Positions 13,698 through 28,291 of a DNA stretch of 64,000 nt are shown here, piece after piece. A program made the position numbers and the translations under genes. Origin of the DNA: Octopus sinensis. Lineage: Eukaryota. The notes below the pieces were generated by a model, which was not told the origin of the DNA, did not search any database, and was given only the letters and a program-made list of their open reading frames with translations. Each line of letters opens with the position of its first letter. The stretch's first letter is position 1. The stretch lies in contig NC_042998.1 of the NCBI RefSeq assembly GCF_006345805.1, positions 146,382,001 to 146,446,000 of the forward strand, given 5' to 3'.

Positions 13698-14458
13698 ACT
13701 CACTCACTCTTTCCCTCCTTTCCTCTCTTACTGTTCTCTTCCTATTTCACCACCATATTCCTGTTTTGCTTTCTTTTTGTCTGTATGTCTGTCTCCCTAT
13801 CAGTCCGTTACTCACTCACTAAGTCACTTACTCACTCGCTGACTATTAAGTATAAATAAAATATATGTAATGTTTGTTTCCATTGCCCCTCAATTCTGTA
13901 TCCTCAATTTCTCCGTTTCTTTTTCTTTCTTTGTCTCTGTCTGTCTGGCTCTTTCTCTTTCTTTCTCCCTCTCCTCCCTATTCTTTTATTTTTTCCTATA
14001 GTGTCCCAGTCGTTATTGTCTCTTTTCCTCACTTCTTGCTCAACTCACACCTAGTGGAACGGATCATCATCATCATCATCATGAACATCGCCATCGTCGC
14101 TGCCGCCGATGTCCTCTCCCAGCTATTTTCCCTTCTCTTTAGAATTCGTCTTTCAAACGAATTTTAAAGCGAAGGAAACAACTAGTTCTGTAAAAGTTGT
14201 TAATATAATAAAGGATAATATACCTGTACATACATGCATATAGACAACTATTACGTACTTATACAAATATACATATGCACACACACACACATATCATAGG
14301 CATTTATGAAGAGGTACATATATACGAACACGAATAAATACATGCATACATATTTAAATTACATCTATCTATCGACCTATCTGTCTAATGTGTATATTTA
14401 CGTACATACATATATGTATCTGTCTACATTTACATACACACACATATTCTCTCTCTCT

Positions 14459-14493
<35 letters not shown>

Positions 14494-14571
14494 CACACAC
14501 GCATACTAATATGTGATATATTTTTCAATTTCATAAGCTATAGGTATTGCTGCACCACGAACATGAAACAA

Positions 14572-15238
14572 TCTCTCTATATAAAACTGAGAATGTCTGT
14601 CTGTGTGTTTCCCTAAAACTTGAGAACTACACAACCAATTTCATTCAAATTTTACACATGCTTTACTTAGGGTCCGGGGAGTGTCATCGGCAAAAAATGT
14701 TTTAACTTTTTGCCTAGGGCGAGCCCACAGCAATATCATATCTTCTCCACTACGATTCCCTAAAACTTGAGAACTACACAACCAATTTCATTCAAATTTT
14801 ACACATGCCTTACTTAGGGTCCATGTAGTTTCATGGGCAAAAAAAAATGTTCAACTTCTTGCCTAGGGCGAGCCCATAGCAATATCATATCTTCTCCACT
14901 ATTTCAGTATTACGTGTTAAAAGTGAAACAAAACATTTCTCTATTTTATGTCAGATACTTTCACTTTAACAATAAAAGTTAGAGATAATTATAACAATTG
15001 AATTTTATGTAGTAAGTAATAATTAAAATCAAACTAAAGTATAATATAATCGTAACATAAAAGAAAAATAGCAATTGGTATAAAATTGCATCAATGACTT
15101 GAACTTGAATAAGTGGTTTCACATGAATGGGAATAAATTAAAATTAAAATTAGTGTGCAGAAATGGAATAGGCCAGATGGAGCTGTGCGCATACCGTTTA
15201 CCACGGCTTTTACATTAGATCATCTGCTAATTAGCTAG
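14572..15238 (+). mobile_element. Non-autonomous Helitron-like element with an internal 145-bp direct duplication
   Basis: A|TCTCTCTATATAAAAC...(TCTG)n 5' end; 14609-14752 repeats at 14756-14901; candidate CTRR 3' ends at about 15230-15238 (uncertain). Confidence 0.55.
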
Positions 15239-15518
15239 CATTAAGTATCTATATGAAGTTTGGCTGTATGTAATGTCTGTTTTCTCGAACAGCCGCTTCT
15301 ATTGAGTTGGTACGTGTAAATTTTTTCCCTGTAAATATTGTTATTGTTACGGTGAATTATTATTATTGTTTTTAAAAAGGACTGTTTTTTGCTTTCTTTG
15401 AAAGCTATTTGTTGAAATACCCCCCTGCGGGGGAATTATTGTTATCTTGTGGCTCTTTAAGCCAATTTTTGTGAAAGGCTTTTGAAGCCAATTTTTGTGA
15501 AAGGCTTGTTGTGGAAAA

Positions 15519-16796
15519 ATGGAAATACATACACCTTTCTCTTTCTCACCTGTGTCAGGTGAAGAAAGTAGTTCACCAGCAGTAACACCGAAAAAACAAA
15601 ACGAAAAAACACCAGCAGCCTCACCGAAGAAATTTGCAGAGGTAGCTGGTAAAAAGGAAAAGAAGCTAAATACGGAAAAGAGTAATTTAGAGAAATATAT
15701 GCACATGTTGAAAAAAGAAGGAACGGAAATTACATTGGCTACAACAGAAGGAACGACAGACGCAGTAAACAGGAAAAGGATCATATACAAGATGTACAGC
15801 ATAGTTAAAAAAATGATTCAAAGAATAGAAGAAAAAAAGTAGAAAAATGCCTGAAACCGATTTGGCCCGAAATCACCTCCATCAACCGTTGAAAAAGGTT
15901 CGGTACAGTGGAAGTAAGGTTTAAAACAGAAGAAGCAGCGAAAAAGTACTCTTCGGAGACACTCAAAACAGAGGAGGTGGTTCTTCTTCCAATATACATG
16001 AGAAGAAGAACATCAAAAATAAAAATAAATAACATCCCCCCTGAAGTGGATGCCACTTGTTTAGTGGCAGCAATAACATTAGGCCTGGAGGAAAAAATAA
16101 ATATTCTCTAGGCCTCAGTGGAAGAAGAAGATAATTGGAAGAAGCAATGCTTGACGATGGCAATTCAAGCGGAGGTAGCAATCTTAGAAAAATTTCCAGA
16201 AGCCATAAATGTTGGCGGAGGCGAGAGACTGATAGTATACGTGGAAGGCAGAAAACAGAGATGCTTCAACTTCGGGTTGAAGGGACACATCAGGGCCGAG
16301 TGCCAACCAAAAGAGAAGGAAAGAAAAGAAGAAACACCAGATGAGACAACACCAAAAGAAACACCAGCACCAATACCTAAAGATGTTACATCACCAGCGA
16401 CAGAAGAAAGTGAAGAGAAAGACAGAGAGGAGGGGTGGTCGACTACTTCTAAGAAAAAGAAAAAAAACACAGACCGCCCCTCCCAAATTGAATATAAAAA
16501 AGAAAAATGAACAAGAGAAAGACAATACGTACATGGCCATAAAGGCCTCAAACAACAGACTAGTCAACCGTTTGGCAGTTATCCCAACTGCCAAACGAGT
16601 TGAAAAAACTACATCGAAAGACTTCCTTATCTACAAGATTGGCCGGAAGGATTACAGGTGGATTAAATCCGAATTCTTCCACGACGTAGGCCCTCTAAGA
16701 ATGGATTTTTCTTCATATATTTACGAGGGCCTACGTCCAAATACGCCACGAGTCCGAGAAAAAGAAAAAGAGGATGAAGGAACGCCGTACCACTGA
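15519..16796 (+). pseudogene. LINE ORF1 (RRM-like region + gag-type zinc knuckle), frameshifted
   Basis: KIKINNIPPEVD; RLIVYVEGRKQRCFNFGLKGHIRAEC (CX2CX4HX4C with the second C mutated); frames join across 15519-15842, 15908-16111, 16118-16510 and 16341-16796. Confidence 0.75.
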
Positions 16797-16809
16797 TACT
16801 GAGTAAGTA

Positions 16810-19800
16810 ATGTCTAACATTCATGTTGGTTGCTTAAATGTGCGTGGCCTGAGATCAAGCTGGAAGCAGGGTCGCTTCCTTAATGATATCAGGTCGCGGA
16901 ATTTGGATGTCATTGTTGCTACAGAAACCCGGTTAGAGGGGCCAAGAGATCTGCTCTCGCTGTTGAACGGCTACGAGAGTTTTTTCTCTCCAGGCAGTCA
17001 TACCAGCGGGAGTGGGGTGTTGGTCCTATTAAAAAGAGACCGGGTTTTTGAGAAAAAGTTAATTTTTTCAGATCCAGATGGTAGGCTGGTCGTCATGGAT
17101 TTGACGTTCAGTAACGGTAAAGTTATCAGACTGGTTGCAATTTATGCACCCTCATCATCATCTGGTGAGTATTTTCTAGAGCTAGAGAAGTTTCTTAGTA
17201 CTTCACATTCATTAGTTGTGCTAGGAGATTACAACACAATTTACCAGGCGCGAGTAGATTATGTTGGCTCGTGTACAGATAGAAAAGGTAACCCTGGTTT
17301 CCTGGAATTGCTAAGACGCGTTGAGCTAGCAGATCCTTATAGGTTGGAATTTCCGAACGCTCTATTGTGGACATGGTCAAATAGCGACGAATCTTCCAGG
17401 TCTTACATAGATAGAGTACTAATTAGAAAAGCAGATAGAGAAATAGCTAAGTGTCCACAGTTTTACCCGGTCAGCTATAGTGATCATAAAGTGGTCACCT
17501 GTAAGCTTGACATAGATAAGGTATATAAGAGAGGCTCCGGTTATTGGAAACTTAATACGTCCCTTTTGGCAATTAAGGAGTACAGAGACAGGATTAGGAC
17601 TTTGATTCAGAGGGCGCTATCTGGTGCCATCAATAATAATAAATTGTGGTATGCTCTCAAGCGAGCCATAAATTCGGGTCTATTAGATATAGCATAGGAT
17701 TAGTGGCTAGAGAGGCTAGGAGGGGATCAACTCTAGTTAAGGATTTAGAGGAAGCCATGAAAACTGGCTCTGCAGCTCAGGTGACGGCCAAGAGACTGGC
17801 GTTAAACCAGCACCTCGAGGCCAAACACATGGGCTGCATTGTCACGGCTAAGATCCGCGCAGTGGGTTGTGAGGGAATCAACGCTGCAGGATGGGCCCGA
17901 GTGGTGGAGGCTCAACGTGATAATGATGCCACAATTCGATCTTTGACGAACCAACAAGGTAAGTTGATAGACGAACCTAAGGAGATGTGTGAGACTTTTC
18001 AGGAGCACTTCGCTCAGCTTTTCGGCGGGGGCGGCAGACCGGATAGTAGGAGAGACTTTACGGACCTCTTCGACGGGCTGCCGCGCCTATCGGGGCGAGA
18101 CGTGGCGAGCTGTGAATGGCCGATCACGCCTGAGGAGGTGGCTGAGGCTATGGCGGACTGCGGCGCAGGTAAGGCGCAGGACTGGATGGTCTACCCTATG
18201 AGTTATATAAGAGTATGCCAGACTTGTTCGGGCACCTACTGGCGGAGGTCTACGCGAACTGGCAGCAGAACGGGTTTATTCCCAGATCTGTGCGCCAGGG
18301 AGTAGCGACGCTTGTCAGAAAGGACCCGGACAAGGGGGATTGTATTGATAATTTTCGGCCTATCACTCTGCTAAACACAGAGTTGAAGATTTTGGCCAAA
18401 GTGTTATCGAAAAGATTGGCGCGTGTCGTGGATGGTCTGATCGGGGAGGCACAGACATGTGCCGTTCCCGGCAGAACCATTCAGGATAATCTCCATCTTA
18501 TGCGGTACACTTTAGAGGGGTTTAATAGTGATTCTGGCTAGGGTGGGGCACTGGTCCATTTAGACCAATCTAAGGCTTTTGATAGGGTTGACCATCGCTA
18601 CCTGGTGTCCGTTCTGGCACAGTTCGGCCTGGGTCTTGGCTTCCTCAGGTGGATCATTCAGATTTACGACAACATCGACTCGGTAGTTTGGGTGAAAGAC
18701 TTCTTATCGAAGCCGTTCAACATCAAACGCTCGGTTCGTCAAGGGTGTCCGCTCTCCCCGCTTTTGTACGTGATAGCTCTTGAGCCATTACTGCGAAAAT
18801 TGAGCGGCATCCCGAAACAGCCAGGTTGTGGAAAATCGGTGTCAGCTTACGCGGATGACATCACCATCATCGAAACCGAAATGGATCACCTACAGAGGCC
18901 ATAGAGGTTTACGAAACGGTGGCAGGAGCAAAAGTTAATCGTGAAAAGTCAGTCGGCTTGCAGCTCGGCACCTGGAGAGGCAAGTTGATGCCTCCTGACA
19001 GCATCGTGGGACGTTGGACGGAAGGTCCGATTAAGTTGCTAGGGGTTTGGTTTGGACCAGACCTCCAAATAGAGAAAAACTGGGCCGAGGTATCGAGCAG
19101 GGTGGCTGCAAGGAAGGGGGGAGGTAGCCAATGTGTTTATCGCATCGGTCATCGCCTACCGCCTATCCATCGTTCCTTGCACTGATTCGTGGTTGATCAA
19201 GCTGGAAAGACAGCTCTTTCACTTTTTGTGGAGGGGCTCGAAACCGCTTGTGAAACGCTCTACTTGCTGTCAACAACCGTTAAAGGGTGGGCTAGGGATG
19301 TCTTGGCTGGTGATGCGCAGACATGTGCTGAGGTTGAGGCATCTGTGGCTCTACCTGGATGGTGAACGGGTGTGGTCTCCGCTGGCAAAACTGATGTCTC
19401 CCAAGTTTACTAATTTCGGTGGGTGGAAAACCTGGTTGAATCGAAGATCAAAACTGGGCACATGGTTTACGGAGTGTCGCAAGGCTCTCCTGCTATTCCG
19501 TCGCTAGGGCAACGCCTGCGGTGGGGGGTCCACCACATTCTTCTATAGAGGGCTGGTAGAGGCGGAATGTGACGATACTTTAGAGGAAACCCTAGGTCTC
19601 GATGATAATCAGCTGGCCAGTCTGTTCCGACGTACATTCGGGCCGAAGACACTGGGCAACTTTCAGAAGTCTCTGGCATGGCAATGTTACAGAGGAGCTC
19701 TACGTGTTCGGGACAAACTCGCAAGGCATGGTCGCCGAGGCAATCCGACATGTCCAAGATGCGAGCGGGATAGGGAAACCGTCCCGCATGCTATTGTTCA

Positions 19801-20127
19801 ATGTTCGGAGGTGTCAGAGGTGTGGGTTTATGCCGAACAACTGTTGTCAAGCACACGAAGAGTACAGCTGTCGACTGAGTCTATTGTAAAAATTGACCCA
19901 CCGAATTTCCTCTCGAAAGAAGGTAAGAATTGTTTCTCGTTGCGAGAGAGGTGATTTGGAAGACGAGGCTGAAAGGTATAGAGTCAGACAATTTCATCTC
20001 TGGCCCTGGATTGATGAATTACTTCATCTTCCACCTGAAAAGGAAAATAGGGCTGGAGAGAAAATGCCTAACTGAGAAAGTGTTCGAAAAACGATGGAAG
20101 ATGTTGCGTATGAATGGTACCACATAA
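16810..20127 (+). pseudogene. LINE ORF2: APE endonuclease + reverse transcriptase + C-terminal zinc finger, frameshifted
   Basis: CLNVRGL, ATETRL, VLGDYN, SYIDRVL, SDHKVV, GYWKLNTSLL; NFRPITLLNTELKILAKVL; DQSKAFDRVDH; SVRQGCPLSPLLY; AYADDI; CPRC...ETVPHAIVQC. Confidence 0.92.
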
Positions 20128-20274
20128 ATGTGGGACAGGATGAAACCAAGGTATCAGTGGCGAGGCGGGGCTCGTGGGGTCCGAGCTAAACCCGCCCCCA
20201 CTCCATCCGTAATGTCTTCCGGTCTGTCCCATCATCCGATTTTTCAATTTTATTGTGATTCGTAATTATGTGTT

Positions 20275-20841
20275 AACCCTAACCTTAACCCTAACCCTAA
20301 CCCTAACTCGCCCTAACTCTAACCCTAAATCTAAAATAGATTGAAATGCAATAGATCGATACTAGGGTTATAATTATGGGTGACAATTTCATACGACACC
20401 GCTACGGAAAATGGGATTTTTTTTCTAGCGGTGTCAAATGAAAATGTCACTCATAATTATGGCCCTAGTATCGATCTATTGCATTTCAATCTATTTTAGA
20501 TTTAGGGTTAGAATTAGGGGGAGTTAGGGTTAGGGTTAAAGTTAGGGGTGGGAGAAGGGTATCTTTTTTCTTCACAAATGTAAATAAACCCAATCTGTTT
20601 CTTAAAGGAGGGACATATTCATACAGCACGGAATGTTGTTTACCTAAATGGAGGTCAGCGATTGGTTAAAATTGCCGAAATGCTCGAAATTAAAGACGAA
20701 ATATGTTACAACATATAGAATTTTCTCAATAGAGCCAAGAAAAAATGATGTTTTATAAACACATTCTACCAGTATACGAAGTTTAAAAGTCTTTAGTTAA
20801 CTAGAAATTGTTACAAAGTGCCGTTCAAAAGGAAAATATCC
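20275..20841. mobile_element. One-ended long-TIR/foldback element with an internal hairpin flanked by telomere-like repeats
   Basis: Arms of about 125 bp (20280-20404 and 20426-20548) with (TAACCC)n/(GGGTTA)n; terminus ...TTCAAAAGGAAAATATCC matches the TIR family at 40967-45159. Confidence 0.75.
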
Positions 20842-21889
20842 GGTGGTAGTAGTAGTAATAATGATAGTAGTAGTGATGGGAGTAGTAGTAGTTCTACCAA
20901 CAGCTGCGTCAAAAACAACATTCGTACTGCTTAAATTGCTCTCTGTATTGATCCCTAATTTTAGTACGAGGCCACATATTTTGATGGGTGTGAGGGAGTG
21001 AAAGGTGATAATAATCTACCTCCGGTACTTGACTGGTTCATTATTTTATCGTTCTTCCCATCTGGAACGGCAAACATAACCTTGGTGGGATTTGAACTTG
21101 GAACATTTTATCCGACGCTCTACCGATGTAATAAATGACGGTGGATTGACAGAACTGACAAAATGCCTTGCGACATTTAATAAAATCACAACCGTCTATG
21201 ATCTGAGTTAAAGTCCCGCCGAATTCATCTTTACCTTTTATTCTTTCATGTGGTGTAGTTAATTGTAGCAGGAAGGATATGAGATGCTGGCAGTTGAGTT
21301 GGGTTCTAGTTGTATATAATGAATGCACAACACTCGGGAACAATTAACGGAATTTTATTTTACTGCACAAATATTTGCCATGTTAGTCATGAATTAAAAA
21401 TGCGACGACAAAGTTTACACATTGGAAGGAAAGTTCTGTAGCTCTTACAAATAGTTGATTAAGGCTTTGTAGTTATGTCGTGGCAAGATGCGAAACCGAA
21501 TCGACAATAATCAACAATAACCGACCATTATGCTGCCAAGATAGAAGAAAATATAGACACTGGGTTCATGTCGGCGAACTAGAACTGCTGTCTAGGTTGA
21601 GTAAAAGTCATGAGAACGACTGTTAAAAGCAACAAAATGAGAATGTGATTAGCTTAGCTATGGGTTGCAACAAACTGAAGTTTGGCGCTCAAAACGTGCT
21701 ATTTATAAGCATTATAAAGAAATGTTCTAGCATCGCCTAGAAAGAGGCATTACGTGATGTCTCGATGCTGAGTGGTCTATAATTCGGCCGATCACATTAA
21801 ACAACTGTTGCGAAAAAGTGATTTTAACTTGGCAATTTGTCGATTTGGTTTCGAATCTTGCCACAATTTCATTCGTGGTCGATAAAATT

Positions 21890-22100
21890 AAAATTAAAGT
21901 CAGCTATTGGGTAGATTTATATTGCTATAATATAATCTATAAGATACTGTTATTAGTTCTAGCTCTACTATTCCAATCCTGGAACGCATTTCTTAAATAT
22001 ATTTTCCAGAAGTTCAAATATTTGATCTTATTGGAGTTGTCTATATTGTCTGTTGTTTTCAGATTTCAAACATCCACAGATGGAAATTTTGTCAACTAAT
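21890..22100 (-). pseudogene. Possible mariner transposase C-terminal remnant
   Basis: Reverse translation gives RNAFQDWNSR, resembling the mariner C-terminal AFQDWKKRW motif; heavily decayed. Confidence 0.3.
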
Positions 22101-23402
22101 TGCATGGATTATACATACGAGACACAGTGTTAATGCTATGTTGCGGCACTTTGTTTATGACAGGGATAATGATAGAAGCATTTCAAAATACATCATCACT
22201 AACAAAATACTGGATTACTTTTTATAAGTCTGTCAAAAGAGGGTGATAAACGAGAATAGATATAATGCAATATAGTCGTGTATCTTGCTATATAAATTTG
22301 AAATAGGAGCTAGACTGGTTACGGAATAGTCCTACATTTGTTAACTGTAAACTTGCACTAAAGAATGCTCTTCGCTATACATAGACATTTATCAAAAGCT
22401 ACATTGAATTAACCTTTTATTTCCTTCCTGTATTTTAAAACCAACATTGCTATTCCAGTACCATGAACTTTAGTCTAAACTATTTTTAAATTATATAATA
22501 CAAGATAAGATATACAAAACACGATAAGATATATAAAACAAACAGTGAGCAACAATGATCGTACCTAAACTCACGTGAAGTGGCAAGCAAATCTCCACAA
22601 TTAACAGAACGGAAAATTTTTGTATTGAACAAAAAACCAACTGATTAAATATTCTTTCGTGGTTGCTTTTTTGTTAATATCTCTCTTGCATTTTAACATT
22701 TTTAAATATTATTTTCGGAAACCATTTGCTGAGTTTGGACATTCATAACGTATAAATATCATTAGAACAGTGGGAAAAGAAATATCCTTTGTGTAATGTA
22801 TCTAGGGCAAGGTCACAGCGTTTCTCTAATCAAAAATATTTGTGGTGGAATCTGAGCCGAGTAGGGTAAGATAACGAAAAACTCGCCAGTTTTACAGTGT
22901 CTGCTTTGTTGCATGTAATAAAACCAATGAAGTGAGCTAAACAGACGATCAAATCGAAAGGGTATCAAACTGCCAAAAGGAGAATAGATTGCTCAATGTC
23001 TATCAGTATCAGTGCATAGTGTTCATGATCAAAAGTCTAACATACACACACGACCAGTTCATCGAATTGTGAATAGATACCAGAAGGGTGGCAGATGTTG
23101 TTTAGTCGGCCTTGAATAAGCAAACCTATAATCGAAGACATTCCAACCATGATCATCCCGTTGTTTTACAAGTATATCAAGGACTACGTTAACCAATGCA
23201 CTCTTTCTTTTCCTAGATAGTTGAGTGTGATTTAAAGGAGATTTGGATGCTATTTCTAGTGGAATCAGTGATTACATAGTATCTCCTTTGTTGGCATGCC
23301 AATACAACGAGAACATAGTATAAATAATAAGTGTATTGTTAGCAATAATAAATTAATATCTTCATACTGACCCGAAAGAAGAGTCCATATTATTATGTTT
23401 CT

Positions 23403-23408
23403 TTACTA

Positions 23409-23452
<44 letters not shown>

Positions 23453-23481
23453 ACTACTACTACTACTACTACTACTACTAT
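23403..23481. repeat. (TAC)n(TGC)n(TAC)n compound trinucleotide repeat
   Basis: Directly visible. Confidence 0.9.
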
Positions 23482-25457
23482 GGCAACGACGATACCGCTA
23501 ATTATATAGAGTAGGCCAATAAGTGTTAGATGTTAGGGTTCCATAGCAACTTTTCTTTCACACGCAGCAAACTCAGAATTGAAAGTGAAATAGTTACAAA
23601 CAAAATTCTAAACGTACCACTCTTCCATTCGCCATACGCTTCTCTTTATAACATCAGCATCCCCCATAGAAATATTCGATTATTTTAAACCCAAACTTAT
23701 TGATACTCTACCAAACTCAAAGGATGCTCGCAACAGAGTATTGTTCTCACATCTACGTAGCCAAACGGAAATGATTCGCTAAAATTACCCCAAATTTTTA
23801 AACATTAAAAGCTATTAACTTATATTCATTAATTAATGGTAAACATGAATTTCATTTTCCTTATCATCATGCAAAACTAAATCGGTATAACCAGATTTGA
23901 AAACACTTGGAACAAGATTGAAAAGGTACGAAATCTGTGACAGCAACTGAAAACATTCGAAAACAAAGTCGGTCCTGAATAATTTTGCCAAATGACAAGA
24001 TCTAAAAACCACATATCACGTATACATGCGTGCGCACGGACGCACACAAAGCATTTTTTCGATTCTTTTCGCGCGACAGTAGGTGGATGTGGGGAACCAC
24101 GGTTACTTTAAAAAAGTGATAAAACCAGAAATTGTTATTGCAATGATGCTAATGTAAGTATATCTACATATGTCACTAAATTGTGCGGAAGTACGTCAGA
24201 TAGACTGTACCTGTATTTTCAGCGGTGCATCCTTGTTACAGTGCGTTATGCAGCTTCTACTGTGGGATTGCATTAATGGATACACGTGTCTGTGGAATAC
24301 TCAGCCAATGTTAATATAATGAGTAAGGTAGTTCAGCAGAACGAATAACTGGACAAATCCTCGTAGAAACCGACGGAGAATATAAATTTTATGTGTGTGT
24401 GTGTGTGTGTATGTACGTGTATGCATGTATTTATATGTGTGCATATGTATGTGTGTGTATACATGTGTGTAAGTATGTGTATTATGCATGTATATATCAA
24501 TATATACCTGTGAGTGTGTATATGTATGTATGCATATATGTATGTATGTGTGTATGTATGTATATGTATATGTTTGTATGTATGTTACAATTCTAGTAAA
24601 AGATAAAAGTTTGTATTTTTTCTAAATATTTTGAGGCAAAGATAAAAAACCAATTATCTACAAGATATCTCCAGGTAACAAAGTTAATTAATTTATAGTA
24701 ATTATTCTGATATAATGATGAAATACTATTTCATCATTTCCCTTTATATTGTGACATTTCACACACCACAAAGAACATCAATGATTTATAGAAATAAATG
24801 GAATTACTTAACAGGATGCACACGAAGCAGCTTTTAAAGAAATACATGTGCACGATCAGTTAATTTATCTAAGACAATTTTCTACCGAGCCTATTTATCC
24901 ATCGAAAAGTCTCCCCATGTTGAGTGTACACGAACTCGTGAAATATTTTTGTAAATGCATATGCCTCTCTCAACGCTGCTTCATACACCTCTAATTAATT
25001 CCAGCTTCACCAGTCTTTGTGCACATCAGCAAATGTACTATTTGCTGGTCTTATGTATAAGAACAACTGTTCTTACAAGGCTGTGAAGGACTGATTTAGT
25101 ATTCGTATCTGATAAACGTAACGATGCAGAAACCTATGCTTCATACGATCCGATGACGTGGTTAATAATTCAATGTTGTGTTTTCACACATATTGTCTAT
25201 GAAGAAAATTTTCTTCCGATGCTATTCCGCAGTGAATATTCTTCCCACATTCGCGTGTACACGAGCGTATTAAATAGGATTGTACGCACATATGTTTGTG
25301 GAATCGACATCTGACAGAGGGCACAAAGGTTCGGGAAGTTATCAACTCAATTAAATGAATCTATTAGTTCTGTTTAGAAAGCTTTGCCTCGATTTCGTCT
25401 GACAGATGGAAGCATATCAATCGGTAGTCAGTCCAAGTCATTCCGCAGTTGAACTTA

Positions 25458-25951
<494 letters not shown>

Positions 25952-26686
25952 CATCTTAGACTAACCGTATCATTCAACTACGGTAGTAGTTGAATAATAT
26001 TCTTACGGCCGCAATTTACTCACACGCAGCATCTTTTAAAGCTTGTCACTAATTCAGTTCTTAACCAAATGGAAAGCAGTTAACATTTTTGAATACAAGG
26101 CAATAACTTAGGCAATAACTCAAGCAAATTTTACTGTGAATTTGTTGTTAAAGGTAGATTTTACTGTAATGTATAACTAATTTTTGTATTATTCTATTTA
26201 TTGTACTAATTGTGTACTACTATCATTTTTATAACCTATTTTCAAATTTCTAATTATTAATTAAAATTTTAAAACATGAATTTTTTGAAAGTGCAAAAAA
26301 ATTTTAATTGAGTTATTTTTAATTTTTAATAGACGTAAAAAGTAATAAGAAATAGAAGTAATAACTTGTAATAAATTGTAATAAAATTTTTAGTTTTAAT
26401 AAAAGCTAACATTTTAAAAATCTAAATATTGTATTTTGAAATTTTATCCTTAGCTGCAATATTTTAAGTAAAAATTGTCTTGTTCTGTACTTTACCAGGT
26501 GTAATAACTTGTCTTGAACCTTTCCAACTTGTTGCTAAATCCTTAATTATTGTTATAATAATATATAAAAAAAAACTTTTTGTATAAGTTTTTACCGAAT
26601 ATGGTTCTTTTCCATACCGAAACTACTTTGGTCAAATTTGTTAATTCATTAAATTAATAATTTTTTTACCCTATATCTGTAATGAT

Positions 26687-26747
<61 letters not shown>

Positions 26748-26760
26748 ATATATACACATA

Positions 26761-26796
<36 letters not shown>

Positions 26797-27155
26797 TGTT
26801 TGTTTGTATGTATGTATGTATGTATGTTTGTGTGTGTGTGTGTGGGTGTGTGTGTGTGTGTGTGTGGTGTGTGTGTGTGTGTGTGTGTGTGTGATTAAAT
26901 GTGTTCGGAGGAGAACGACAAAAGAACGAACGGAAAACAGGAAAAAAAAATCACACACACACAATGGACATGGACATGCTCAATCCATCATGAGTTATCA
27001 ACCAAAGATCATCACAATTTCGACGCTTTCCAATATAAACACTAGTTTACGCGTGCTTCGTTACCTTGTTGTTCTGGATTAGAATCTCCTTCTGGATGTT
27101 AACTGAGAGAGAGGAGGTAACAGTGAGAGGGAGAGAGAGTAAGTAAGAGAACAGA

Positions 27156-27229
<74 letters not shown>

Positions 27230-27916
27230 ATTGTGTCAACTTGCTCTAAACAGTGTACATGAAAATGAGATTTATAAATGGTGTCCACACAGCTGCATAG
27301 GCTTTGAGTCGTTTACAATTTCAGTATTCACAACTGTTAGCAAAGATTGTACGTGGTAAAAATTTTTTTTAAGAAATCAAATAATAAATAAATAAAAGAA
27401 ATATTGTATGTGTTATCTTTGCAGTTTATCAGTAATTTCAATGTAAGACCTTCTGTTCTTTGTTGACCGTGAAGATTTCAGAACGGCGCACCTCACGTGT
27501 GTTGGGTACGACGATAATTGTTGCGTGGTGTCAGATTGATATGATATCAGCTTATCTTGTACGGTATAACATTAAATAGGAGATTAGGCTAAAGTTCACG
27601 ATACTTGGACACTTACGCAGGAAGGAAATAGATGGTTAAGTGAATGAGGCGAATGATAATGTCTGTGAACAAATGTGTCATCCTTTTTTGTTTTAGTACA
27701 AACCACCCTAAAAGTCATCACTTTTCTGGCTACACTTAGAAGGATATCCTGTATTAGTTCACCGTAAGCCCATTTTCGATAACATTAATCGAATTGGGAT
27801 GCAAAACCGGTTTGAGTTCAGTTACTGGATCTATGCAAGATTTAATATACATATTCTCGGCAACGAAAGAGCTTAGAATAAAAAAAATATAAGTCCATAT
27901 CTTGAATTATTTAGCT

Positions 27917-28291
27917 CAGTGGTCCCTAACCTTGGAGGTAACAACCCTTTACGGGCATTCTGAGTTCAAAAAGGGCGTTAAATATCAAAGAGGCGCTATT
28001 GGAGCACCAGGATGTTTAGAGACGTCGTGATTTTTCTTAGAAATTATTTAAGCCAGGATGTTTAGAGCGTCGTGATTTTTCTTAGAAATTATTTAAGCCA
28101 GATTACATATTTACATTTTAAACATATTTTCAAAGAAATATTTGTTCGTATTAGAATAAAAGTAGAACATTGTGTTATAAATGAACAGAAAAATGGGTGA
28201 TGATGCACCAAGGTCCACTATAAATTTATTGTAAAAATCCTCGCCTTGGGGGTGCGAATACACGCTACTATCCTAAATGAGGAACATACTG
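27917..28291 (+). mobile_element. Degenerate hAT-like MITE
   Basis: CAGTGGTCCCTAACCTT left end; weak right end AAATGAGGAACATACTG; internal duplication of about 45 bp; no TSD. Confidence 0.3.

Larger units (their letters stand above)
15290..20260 (+). mobile_element. Near full-length L1/Tx1-clade non-LTR retrotransposon (decayed)
   Basis: ORF1 with zinc knuckle, then ORF2 with APE endonuclease, RT and C-terminal Cys-His motif; boundaries approximate. Confidence 0.88.
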
